This document shows, piece after piece, positions 1 through 9,910 of a DNA stretch of 64,000 nt (its first letter is position 1; each line of letters begins with the position of its first letter). The notes below the pieces were generated by a model. The model saw only the letters and a program-made list of their open reading frames with translations. It was not told where the DNA came from and ran no database searches. Origin of the DNA: Octopus sinensis (Eukaryota); the NCBI RefSeq assembly GCF_006345805.1, contig NC_043014.1, forward strand, positions 47,306,001 to 47,370,000. Reading direction: 5' to 3'. Made by a program: the position numbers and the translations under genes.

Positions 1-1740
1 ATAATAATAATGTTGCTAGAAAGTTAAGGGTAAGGCACAGTGTCACCAGTAACAATAAGAGGTGGAGGAGAGAATTAATAACAATGGTAATTGTTGCTTC
101 TTTAATGAGATAAAAGCTGGAAGGAAAATGGAAATAAAGTGTGCATGTGTGTGTGTGTGTGTGTGTGTGTGGTGGGGAACAAATGCAGTGAATGTGAAGG
201 TGGTGATGGTAGCGGTGGTATGATGAAGAGAGAACAGTCAGTTTTGCATTCATTCCCCTCTAGTTGTTGTGTAGCGTAGCAAGCAGCCTGGTCAGTGTTA
301 CTCACTGTACACCATTGAACGGTTATCGATTTCCTCCCCCTCTTCCTCCTCTGCCTCCTCCCCTTCCTCCTCCGTTTTTCTTCCTCGCAGTGTTCAGTTT
401 GAAGAAAAGATGTCAGTAAAAACAGACCTCATCATCCATGTTAACTCTTGGAACGTTCTGACATGGAGCTTTTTAACCGTGATGCGGGGGGGGGATGTTT
501 GCGGTGCGTGGAAGCGACACGCATGTGATATGGTGTGTGTGTAACATGTGGTGTGTGTGTGTAACATGTGGTGTGTGTGTGTGCGGTTGTATGTAAGGTA
601 GTGTGTCTGTTTGTGTATGTGTGTTGTGTGTGTGTGTGTGTGGTTGTATGTAAGGTAGTGTGTCTGTTTGTGTGTGTGTGTGTGTTTGTATGTATGTATG
701 TATGTATGTGTGTGTGTGGTTGTATGTAATGTAGTGTGGCTGTTTGCGTATGTATGTATATATGTGTGCGTATGGAAATCCTGGAGCATTGTACCATGTA
801 GCTTCATTGTGTTTTGGTGTATGCAGTGGGTGGTTGGTGTATGAATGTATGCATGTGTGGTATGTGTATAGGAAATCCTGGAGCATTTCGACATAGTCAG
901 CTGTGTGTGTGTCCGTGTGTCCTTTATACATCATCGTCATTCTATATCTGTACAGCTGTTTTCCCATGTTTGTATGGATTGGTGGATGGGTCTACTGCAG
1001 CATAATGCTTTTGTGTATGTCTGTGTGTCTGATTTTGGTTGGTTTAATATTATTCAACTATATCTGTCTCCTGTTTTCCTGTTAATAATTGCTAGTTATG
1101 TTTCTCATAAAATGAGGACTTGTATGTTTGTGTGTGCACACATACACACACACACACATGTATAAGCACTTGTGTATATCACATACAGACGTGTGTGCAT
1201 GTATGTATATATATATATATATGTTCGGCAAAAGAGACCGATAGAATAAGTACTAGGCTTACAAAGAATAAGTCCGGGGGTCGATTAGCTCGACTAAAGG
1301 CGGTGCTCCAGCATGGCCACAGTCAAATGACTGAAACAAGTAAAAGAGAGAAAAGAGTATATATATATATATATATATATAGGCACCTTGGGCAAGTGTC
1401 TTCTATAGCCTCGGGCCGACCAAAGCCTTGTGAGTGGATTTGGTAGACGGAAACTGAAAGAAGCCCGTCGTGTATATATATATATATATATATTATAATA
1501 AGAGATATATATATATATGTGTGTGCGTGTATATTTATGTGTCTATGTTTGTCCTCCTAGCATTGCTTGACAACCGATGCTGGTGTGTTTACGTCCCCGT
1601 CACTTAACGGTTCGGCAAAAGAGACTGATAGAATAAGTACTGGGCTTACAAAGAATGTCCCAGGGTTGAGTTGCTCGACTAAAGGCGGTGCTCCAGCATG
1701 GCCGCAGTCAACTGACTGAAACAAGTAAGAGTGTATATAT

Positions 1741-1794
<54 letters not shown>

Positions 1795-2039
1795 ACACAT
1801 ATATGTCTGAGTGTTTATATATGCATAAGTGCACAAATGTTTGCTGCTGTAGCCCGAATTTATAGTCAGGGATGCCACCATAGCTGCTGTCCTGCTGCTG
1901 CTACGGCAACAATGATGATTCTGTCAGTAATAGTTCAACAACCTCAGATAGAGTAACTGTTCTTGATTCATTCCTTACCATTTAACGGTTTGCTTTTAGA
2001 AGAATCTGCCTGTTGTATTACTGCTACATCATGCCTGAT

Positions 2040-2535
2040 TGATTTTGCATGCATGTGTCTATGTATGTATTTGTATGTATGTGTGTGTGTGTATGTATGT
2101 ATATATGTATGTCTGCATGTGTCTATGTATGTATGTGTGTATGTATGTGTCTATGTATGTATGCATATGTATGTATGTGTGTATGTATGCATATGTATGT
2201 ATGTGTGTATGTATGTGTCTATGTATGTATGCATTTGTATGTATGTGTGTGTGTGTATGTATGTATATATGTATGTCTGCATGTGTCTATGTATGTATGT
2301 GTGTATGTATGTGTCTATGTATGTATGCATATGTATGTATGTGTGTATGTATGCATATGTATGTATGTGTGTATGTATGTGTCTATGTATGTATGCATTT
2401 GTATGTATGTGTGTATGTATGTATGTATGTATGTATGTATGTATGCATGTGTCTATGTATGCATGTGTCTATGTATGTATGTATGTATGTATGTATGCAT
2501 GTGTCTATGTATGTATGTATGTATGTATGTATCAC
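2040..2535. repeat. (TATG)n-based compound microsatellite with higher-order duplication
   Basis: Direct inspection. Confidence 0.9.
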
Positions 2536-2969
2536 ATCTGCTATTTAACCTCACCTGACTCCAAACTAAATTACCCTTACAAAGAAAGCTAACGTCCTCC
2601 ACAAATAGTTCCTTTACAAACTCCCTGCATAAAAACAATAGAAGCACAAGAATAAAAAAAAAACAACTACCAAAGTATTTTATGTGGATGGTGAGAGTGA
2701 ATGGGGCTAATGAAGAAATAATGAAAACGCGACATAAACTGGAAACCTCTCATCATCAGCAGCCTTATTGGATATCATAGTTTCAACACCAAAAGGCAGG
2801 ACTACTCCATGTTATAGTGTGAAGATTGTTTTAACGTGGCTTAGTGGGATGTATGTATGTATAAGTGCATGTGTAAATGTGTTTATGTATGTGCTAGTAT
2901 CTAGTATGTGTTTATCGGCAGTGTGTTGTTGGCGATTTCTTTTTTGTCTTTGGACTTTTCCCTTCCTCA

Positions 2970-3002
2970 TTTCTGATGAAGAGCTATGCTCAAAACATCA
3001 AA
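2970..3002 (+). ncRNA. Decayed minimal hammerhead relic
   Basis: TTT-CTGATGA-A-GAGC-TAT-GCTC-AAAACATC-AAA. The expected CGAAACGTC reads CAAAACATC (two CpG->CpA changes). Architecture matches 35899-35934. Confidence 0.4.
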
Positions 3003-3116
3003 GACTCTCTTATTACCAAGTGTCAAACTAATACATTTCTTGTGCATGGCCTCTTGTCTGTTATTGTTAATTTTAAATGTTCATATATTTAAATTGACTA
3101 TATATACGTACGTACG

Positions 3117-3160
<44 letters not shown>

Positions 3161-3169
3161 TAGATAGAT

Positions 3170-3584
3170 AGGTGCAGGAGTGGTTGTGTGGTAAGTAGCT
3201 TGTTTACCAACCACTTAGTTCTGGGTTCAGTCCCACTGTGTGGCACCTTGGGCAAGTGTCTTCTACTATAGCCTCGGGCCGACTGAAGCCTTGTGAGTGG
3301 ATTTGGTAGATGGAAACTGAAAGAAGCCCATCGTATATATGTATATATATATATATATATGTGTGTGTGTATGTTTGTGTGTCTGTGTTTGTCCCATCCA
3401 ACATCGCTTGACAACCGATGCTGGTGTGTTTATGTCCCCGTTACTTAGCGGTTTGGCAAAAAGAGACTGATAGAACAAGTACTGGGCTTACAAAGAATAA
3501 GTCCCGGGGTCGAGTTGCTTGATTAAAGGTGGTGCTCCAGCATGGCTGCAGTCAAATGACTGAAACAGTAAAAGAGTAAAAGAG
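3170..3584 (+). mobile_element. Bipartite tRNA-derived SINE family A (head module-(TA)n(TG)n-tail module ending (TAAAAGAG)n)
   Basis: A-box TGGCTGTGTGG, B-box GGTTCAGTCC, CCTTGGGCAAGTG motif. Partial copies lie upstream at about 1222-1357 and 1381-1735. Confidence 0.9.
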
Positions 3585-3868
3585 ATGGTCCAATCCCATG
3601 CCAGCATGGACTACGGATGTTAAACGATGACTAATGTCAGAAGCATTATTAATACAGAGAGGCAATCTTAATATCCTGCTTAACATGGATGTTGAGTTAG
3701 AACAACAAATACTGTGTTATAATCTTGAGAGGACCTCTCTCATGGACCCATGGTGCATGACAGCACTGATATTTATATTGTTGGTGTCAGAACTGCCAGT
3801 TCAAGTGATTTTGCCATGCCCAAGCTCATCAGTAACAAGACACCTTGTAGCAACATAAGCTGAATCTC

Positions 3869-4251
3869 ACTCTTTACTTGTTTTAGTCATTTGACTGTGG
3901 CCATGCTGGAGCAACGCCTTTAGTTGAGCAAATTGACCTCAGGACTTATTCTTTGTAAGCCTAGCACTTATTCTCTCGGTCTCTCTTTTGTCGAACTGCT
4001 AAGTTACGGGGACGTAAACACACCAACATTGGTTGTCAAGCAATTTTGGGGGGACAAACACACACACATATATATATATACATATATGCGACGGGCTTCA
4101 TTCAGTTTCCGTCTACCAAATCCACTCACAAGGCTTTGGTCGGCCCGAGGCTATAGTAGAAGACACTTGCCCAAGTTGTCAAGCAGTGGGACTGAACCCG
4201 GAACCATGTGGTTGGTAAGAGCTACTTACCACACAGCCACTCCTGCGCCTA
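3869..4251 (-). mobile_element. SINE family A
   Basis: Reverse complement of the 3170-3584 consensus. Confidence 0.9.
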
Positions 4252-4265
4252 TGAGGATAGAAAGA

Positions 4266-4384
4266 CATTTACAGCACCTAGGTTTCCCAAGCGGTCACCC
4301 ATCTAAGTACTGACTAGGCTCGACATTGCTTAACGTCGGTGATCGGACGAGAACCGGTGTTTTCAAAACGATATGGCCGTAAAC
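4266..4384 (-). rRNA. 5S rRNA: 5S rRNA gene copy (solitary, diverged; possibly a pseudogene/orphon)
   Basis: Minus strand reads GTTTACGGCCATATCGTTTTGAAAACACCGGTTCTCGTCCGATCACCGACGTTAAGCAATGTCGAGCCTAGTCAGTACTTAGATGGGTGACCGCTTGGGAAACCTAGGTGCTGTAAAT. It is full length and colinear with metazoan/molluscan 5S. Helix I (GTTTACGGC/GCTGTAAAT) pairs and box A/box C are recognisable. Helix II is weakened, and only TTT follows instead of a T4+ Pol III terminator. Confidence 0.9.
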
Positions 4385-4563
4385 ACTTAATTAATTTTGG
4401 TCACTTATTCCACCTAACATAAACTAATCTCACCATCAATGATATATAGAATGTCGGTGTCTTTTCACAGACTGATTTTGCAAATAGCCAGCAGGTTTAT
4501 TAAAAAGTAATTAATAGTGACAGAAGCAGTATTAATGCTAAATGGTAATCTTTATATCCAACT

Positions 4564-4795
4564 TAAGGCGAGGTGGCAGAAACATTAAGCACGCCCGGCG
4601 AAATGCTTAGCAGTATTTCATCTACAGCTATGTTCTGAGTTCAAATTCTGCCGAGGTCGACTTTGCCTTTCATCCTTTCGGGGTCGATTAAATAAGTACC
4701 AGTTACGCACTGGGATCGATATAATTGGCTTAATCCGTTTGTCTGTCCTTGTTTGACCTCTCTGTGTTTAGCCCCTTGTGGGTAGTAAAGAAATA
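4564..4795 (+). mobile_element. tRNA-derived SINE family B (Meta-domain-like GCCTTTCATCCTTTCGGGGTCGA)
   Basis: B-box GAGTTCAAATTC; 20-bp TSD GGTAATCTTTATATCCAACT (4544-4563 / 4796-4815). Confidence 0.9.
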
Positions 4796-5719
4796 GGTAA
4801 TCTTTATATCCAACTCAATGTGGATGTTGTGTTAGAATGCCCAAATACTGCATTATTTACCTTGAGAGAACTGCTCACAAGGACTCCTGGTACAATAAAA
4901 ACATGATGTAAATATTGTTTTAATGCCATGGTGGAATATTTGTTGCTTTGCTTGGTGTGTGTAACATCATGTCATTGCCATTGCCCATCAGCAGTGATAG
5001 ACATCATCTCAGAAGTTCATTAGTGCCAGTCCAGTCACAACCATTATTTCCCAGTGCCGCGTGGCATCATCATCATCATCATCATCATCGTTTAACGTCC
5101 GTTCTCCATGCTAGCATGGGTTGGATGGTTCAACCAGGGATCTGGGAGGCCAGAAGGCTGCACCAGGCTCCAGTCTTATCTGGCAGTGTTTCTACAGCTG
5201 GATACCCTTCCTAACGCCAACCACTCCGTGAATGTAGTGGGTGCTTTTTATGTGCCACCTGCACATGTGCCAGGCGAGGCTGGCAACAGCCATGGTCGGA
5301 TTGGTGCATTTTACGTGCCACCAGCACGGAAGCCAGTCAAGGCGGCACTGGCATCGGCCACAATTTGGATAGTGCTTTTTACGTACCACCAGTCCAGGGG
5401 TCCTGGCATCGAGTCCAGGGGTCCTGGCAATAGAGGATAAATCTATTTACTTTCTTCTTTTTATTTACTGTTATCCCCTCATCACTGCTTTTGCTTTTGT
5501 CTCAATCATCAGTTTTTCTTCTTTACATTCTTGCCCCCCCCCCCCGTTCCTTTCTTGTACTTCTGTTATACTCTCATCACCATCCTTATATATTGATGTC
5601 CCCTCGTTGTCATCCTGTCTTTCTTTCATGTCCTTTTGTCATCATTCTTTAGTCATCATCATGTCTTTCATCACTCAGTGTTCTACATTTGATTTTCTAT
5701 TTTTGTTGTGTGTGTTTAA

Positions 5720-5938
5720 CCCTTTAGTGTTCAGATTATTCAATCAAACATAATGCCTATTGATTCCCATTGATTTGAATTAATCATGCATTAACTCATA
5801 TCTTCAAGATCTTGATGGTGTAATTACTTAATGTAGAATAACGTTGTAGGGTAGGTGTGAGAGCCTGGATCTGGTCAGTTTGAACATAAAACAGATTAGC
5901 TATTTTGGCCGGATATGGCCGGTTTAAATACTAAAGGG
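5720..5938. mobile_element. piggyBac-type MITE, family 1
   Basis: TTAA|CCCTTTAG...CTAAAGGG|TTAA. Confidence 0.85.
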
Positions 5939-6075
5939 TTAATGAGAAAAAAGACAAGTAGTAGTTTGGCTGTTTATTTTTTGTTGTTGTTTTTTTCTCT
6001 TCATTCTTTGTCTTTATCTTCCTTTTCTTTCTCCCTTACTTTGCTCTACCCTTTCCTCCATCACTCCAGCTATTA

Positions 6076-6123
<48 letters not shown>

Positions 6124-6282
6124 CATGTGAACCAAACTTGTCCAACAATGAAGGAAGATAAAACACAACCTATAACACCCCGATCCTGATATGTCTAAAA
6201 AAGTATATTCTCACAAATTGTGCCTTAACTCATTCTCGTTTCATGTTCAGACATTAGTTTTATTTACATAAAGATTGAATTG

Positions 6283-6530
6283 CAATTTAATTACGGAGAT
6301 GTACCTGCATAGCAAGTGATTTGATCTGAGATCGTGTGCTGAAACGAAAACAATTGCAGTGTTTGTAAGCCATTTAAGAAACACACAAAAGCCGTTTGAT
6401 TCACTTCAACATTTAAGTTTAATTTGTCAAAATATTTTCGTCGCTTTAAGACCACGACCTGTTCACTGACAAAAATCCGTGCTGCACCTGAGAAAGTAAC
6501 AGTTAGTTCGTTATATATATGTACGTATGT
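6283..6530 (-). mobile_element. ~240-bp Penelope-associated (pLTR/retrozyme-like) unit carrying the G3:C8 hammerhead
   Basis: Abuts a (TA)/(TATG) tract. Its 3' part recurs, truncated, at about 35120-35190 (TTAC.GA.ATGTAC.TGCATAGCAAGTGA..TGATC.GAGAT). Confidence 0.5.
6423..6473 (-). ncRNA. Minimal type I hammerhead ribozyme fold with G3:C8 core variant
   Basis: Minus strand: TTTGTCA-GTGAACA-G-GTCGT-GGTCTTAAA-GCGAC-GAA-AATATT-T-TGACAAA. This gives a 7-bp stem I, a 5-bp stem II (incl. one U.G), a palindromic stem III AATATT, and core GUGAACA in place of CUGANGA. Confidence 0.6.
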
Positions 6531-6688
6531 ATGTATGCACGCACGCACGCATGCATGTATGTATGTATGTACATACGTACGCCTGTGTGTATGCAATTTA
6601 ATTACAAGGAAACAAAGAAAAAAAAAATTTAAAAAAGAAATGTCCACCCCAGAACAAACTGTGTGTTCAGCTGCATCCTGTGGACATG

Positions 6689-7074
6689 GTGGAGGCGCAA
6701 TGGCCCAGTGGTTAGGGCAGCGGACTCATGGTCATAGGATCGCGGTTTCGATTCCCAGACCAGGCGTTGTGAGTGTTTATTGAGCAAAAACACCTAAAAA
6801 AGCTCCACGAGGCTCCGGCAGGGGATGGTGGTGATCCCTGCTGTACTCTTTCACCACAACTTTCTCTCACTCTTACTTCCTGTTTCTGTTGTACCTGTAT
6901 TTCAAAGGGCCGGCCTTGTCACTCTCTGTGTCACGCTGAATATCCCCGAGAACTACGTTAAGGGTGCACGTGTCTGTGGAGTGCTCAGCCACTTACACGT
7001 TAATTTCACGAGCAGGCTGTTCCGTCGATTCGGATCAACCGGAACTCTCATCGTCGTAACCGACGGAGTGCTTC
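6689..7074 (+). mobile_element. tRNA-derived SINE family D (OR-like), full length
   Basis: A-box TGGCCCAGTGG, B-box-like GTTTCGATTCC; 15-bp TSD CATCCTGTGGACATG (6674-6688 / 7075-7089). Confidence 0.9.
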
Positions 7075-8958
7075 CATCCTGTGGACATGACTGCGATAGC
7101 GTTGCCACGGAGAATGGCCAGCAGCACTTGCTGAAACAGCTGTCCTACCTCGCAGGGCTTATTCCAACAGATTTTGTTTTATTTTTAACTGCTCTAATGT
7201 TCCTTCTGTTTTGGTAACTACAACCGGCTGACCATTGACTGCTCACTGACCAAATACTCTACATGTGAAGTACTTGGCAACAGTAATGTAGAAACAACAC
7301 TGAAGAGAAATGTGATGGTGTTTGATAAGGAAAGATGATTATCATTGCGGACTGTTTGCCAAAATCGAATCACTTGAAAACTCTGGCTGCTAACCACTTT
7401 ATTGGCTCCTTAACTCTAAACAAAGCAGACATTAATTAACCCTGCCTCCACCACCACTTAATTAATTTTGGACACTTATCCCGCCTACCATAAAACTAAT
7501 CTCTTATCTTGTGATTCCTAATCTCACTCAGTCTCTGTACCCAGCTAATTAGCACTACTGTGTGTATGCGTATTGAATCAATAGGAGAGCCTGTAGATTT
7601 ACTTGAAGGAACGGTCAGATCACCCTCAAATCATTGTCTTTAATAGGAAGGAATTGTAGACTTAGATACGCTCGCAAAAAAAACAGGGTCTGCACTGATG
7701 GAATATTTTTGAACATAAGTCTGCTCAATCGGGATTGTGTTAGAATGCCAAATACTGCATTATTTGCCTTGAGAGAACTGCTCACAAGGATTCCTGGTGC
7801 AATAAAAACATGTATATATTGGAGCTAAACACCAACTCTTGCATGCTCTTCAACACGGCTGTCACCTATGTTATTAGACAAGGTCTACCTCCATCACAAA
7901 CTGTGTAGTTCTTGTTTAAATTCTCCTCTGTTACCTTGTGAAGACAGAAATATCCTGGTGAAGGATAAAACTTCTTGACTCTAATTGGTCAGCCAGCATC
8001 TGCCCATCGGTCTCAGTCGAACAAAGTGAACCCTATCAACAGACACAAGATGAATATATCCGTATGAGGTGTCTCAGTCATTGTATATATTTTATTTTGT
8101 GGCACATAAAAAGCACCATCCAGACGTGGTTGATGCCAGTTCCAGTTCCTGCTGACTGGCTCCTGTGCTGGTGACACATAAAAAGTACCATCCAAACATG
8201 GTCGATGTCAGTGCCCCCCGACTGGCTCCCGTGTTGGTGGCATGTAAAAAAGCACCATCCAAACATGGTCGATGCTAGTGCCCCATGACTGGCTCCTGTG
8301 CCAGTGGCACGTAAAAAGCACCCACTACACTCTCGGAGTGGTTGGCATAAGGAAGAGCATCCACCTGTAGAAACATTCCCAGATCAGATTGGAGCCTGGT
8401 GCAGCCTACTGGCTTGCTTAGATCTCAGTCAAACTGTCCAACCCACGCCAGCATGGAAAGCGGATGTTAAACAATGACGATGATGATGAAACACCAAAAT
8501 TAGTGCCAATATCTAGAGTAAGAATTCTTTCTACTTCATTGACCTTATTATTTATTCAGGACTTTGTGAAGATTATGAGAGAAAACTTGTTCTGATTAGT
8601 TGTTTGGTTGGTTCTAACTAAGCACTGGCTGACACCACACAGTCACAGATGTAATGCTATGTGTCAGACTCATTACAGCAATAGGATTGTTGTGTTAGAT
8701 TCCAGTGATTGGTGGCTATCTCTTGGCCTCATTCCCCTTAAGAGTATAGAATTATATATTGGTTCAGATAGTGATATTTCGTGAAGAGGTTACAGAAAAC
8801 CATTTTAAAAAGTGAACGGAGAATATATAATTGTTTTGATTTCTGATGCTTTGTTATTTGACCATGGAGGAACAAAAAGTTAGAATTGACTTTGTTGGGT
8901 TTTGAACCTAGAACACCAAAAACCAGTAAAGTATTTTGACTAGCTGTCAGCTGTTTAA

Positions 8959-9178
8959 CTCTTTAGGATTCAAATTATTCTGTCAAATGCAATGCTTATT
9001 TATTAACATTGTCTGGCATTAATCATCCGTTGTCTCATAGCTTTGAGATCTCAATGATGTGGTTATTTATCTTTAGAATGATATTGTAGGGTGGGTGTGA
9101 AAGGCCAGATCTAGCTAATTTGAACACAAAACAAGTAGAATATTCAGGCTGGATATGTCCAGATTAAATGCTAAAGGG
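8959..9178. mobile_element. piggyBac-type MITE, family 1 (degenerate)
   Basis: TTAA|CTCTTTAG...CTAAAGGG|TACC; internal homology to 5720-5938. Confidence 0.7.
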
Positions 9179-9589
9179 TACCAAACCCACCAATTCCCTA
9201 GTAACTTGTTGTTATGTTTAATAATGGCTGTAGCCTACCAGTGACTTTAGAGCTAGCGATGTCTTTAAAATGTGACTTTGTGCCAATAAAATAATATTTT
9301 TAAAGGATTACAATTTTAAAACCAAGTCATTTATTCAAAAAAGTGTCACAAAATACTTTGTCATTTATTAGAGAAGCCCAGCTGTGCTACATCACATTGC
9401 CAAGAAGTGGAGCTATGTATGAGGACAAGGTGGGGAGACCCATTACTCATCCCTGTCTTAAGGTCTTATGCATTAAGACTAACCTTGAGATTAATGTAAA
9501 TCAAAAGAGTTTCAATGGAGGCCACATGCCTCATAAATAATATATGTATATATGAGAGAGAGGGAGAGAGATATGCTATGCTGGGGTGC

Positions 9590-9910
9590 CAACTTGAAGG
9601 GTTTTAGTCAAATGCATTGACCTCAGAACTTATTTTTTAAAGTCTGGTACTTATTCTATCAGTCTCTTATACTGAACTGCTAAGTTATAGAAATGTAAAC
9701 AAACTGACACTGGTTGTCAAGTGGCAGCGTGGAATAAACACAAATATACACTCGCAGACATGCAATGGGCTTCTTTCAGTTTACATCTATCAAATCCACT
9801 CACAAAGCTTTGGTTAACCTGGGGCTATACAAAGGAAGAACTTGCTCAAGGTGTCATACAGTGGGACTGAACCTGGAACCATGTGGTTGGGAGGAAAACT
9901 TCTTACCTCA
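9590..9910 (-). mobile_element. SINE family A, diverged
   Basis: Degenerate homology to both modules; another diverged + copy lies at about 11435-11790. Confidence 0.65.

Noticed and set aside
240-420. Minus-strand peptides resembling a transferrin N-terminus (ITVQWCTVS..C) or an RGG box; strong plus-strand acceptor at 390
   Set aside because: These are short matches arising next to a GA-rich low-complexity tract, with no ATG or splice context that yields a coherent exon.
6689-6765. tRNA gene (also at 60016, 55219 and the family A/B heads)
   Set aside because: A/B boxes are present, but there is no closed acceptor stem and each continues into a SINE body with TSDs.
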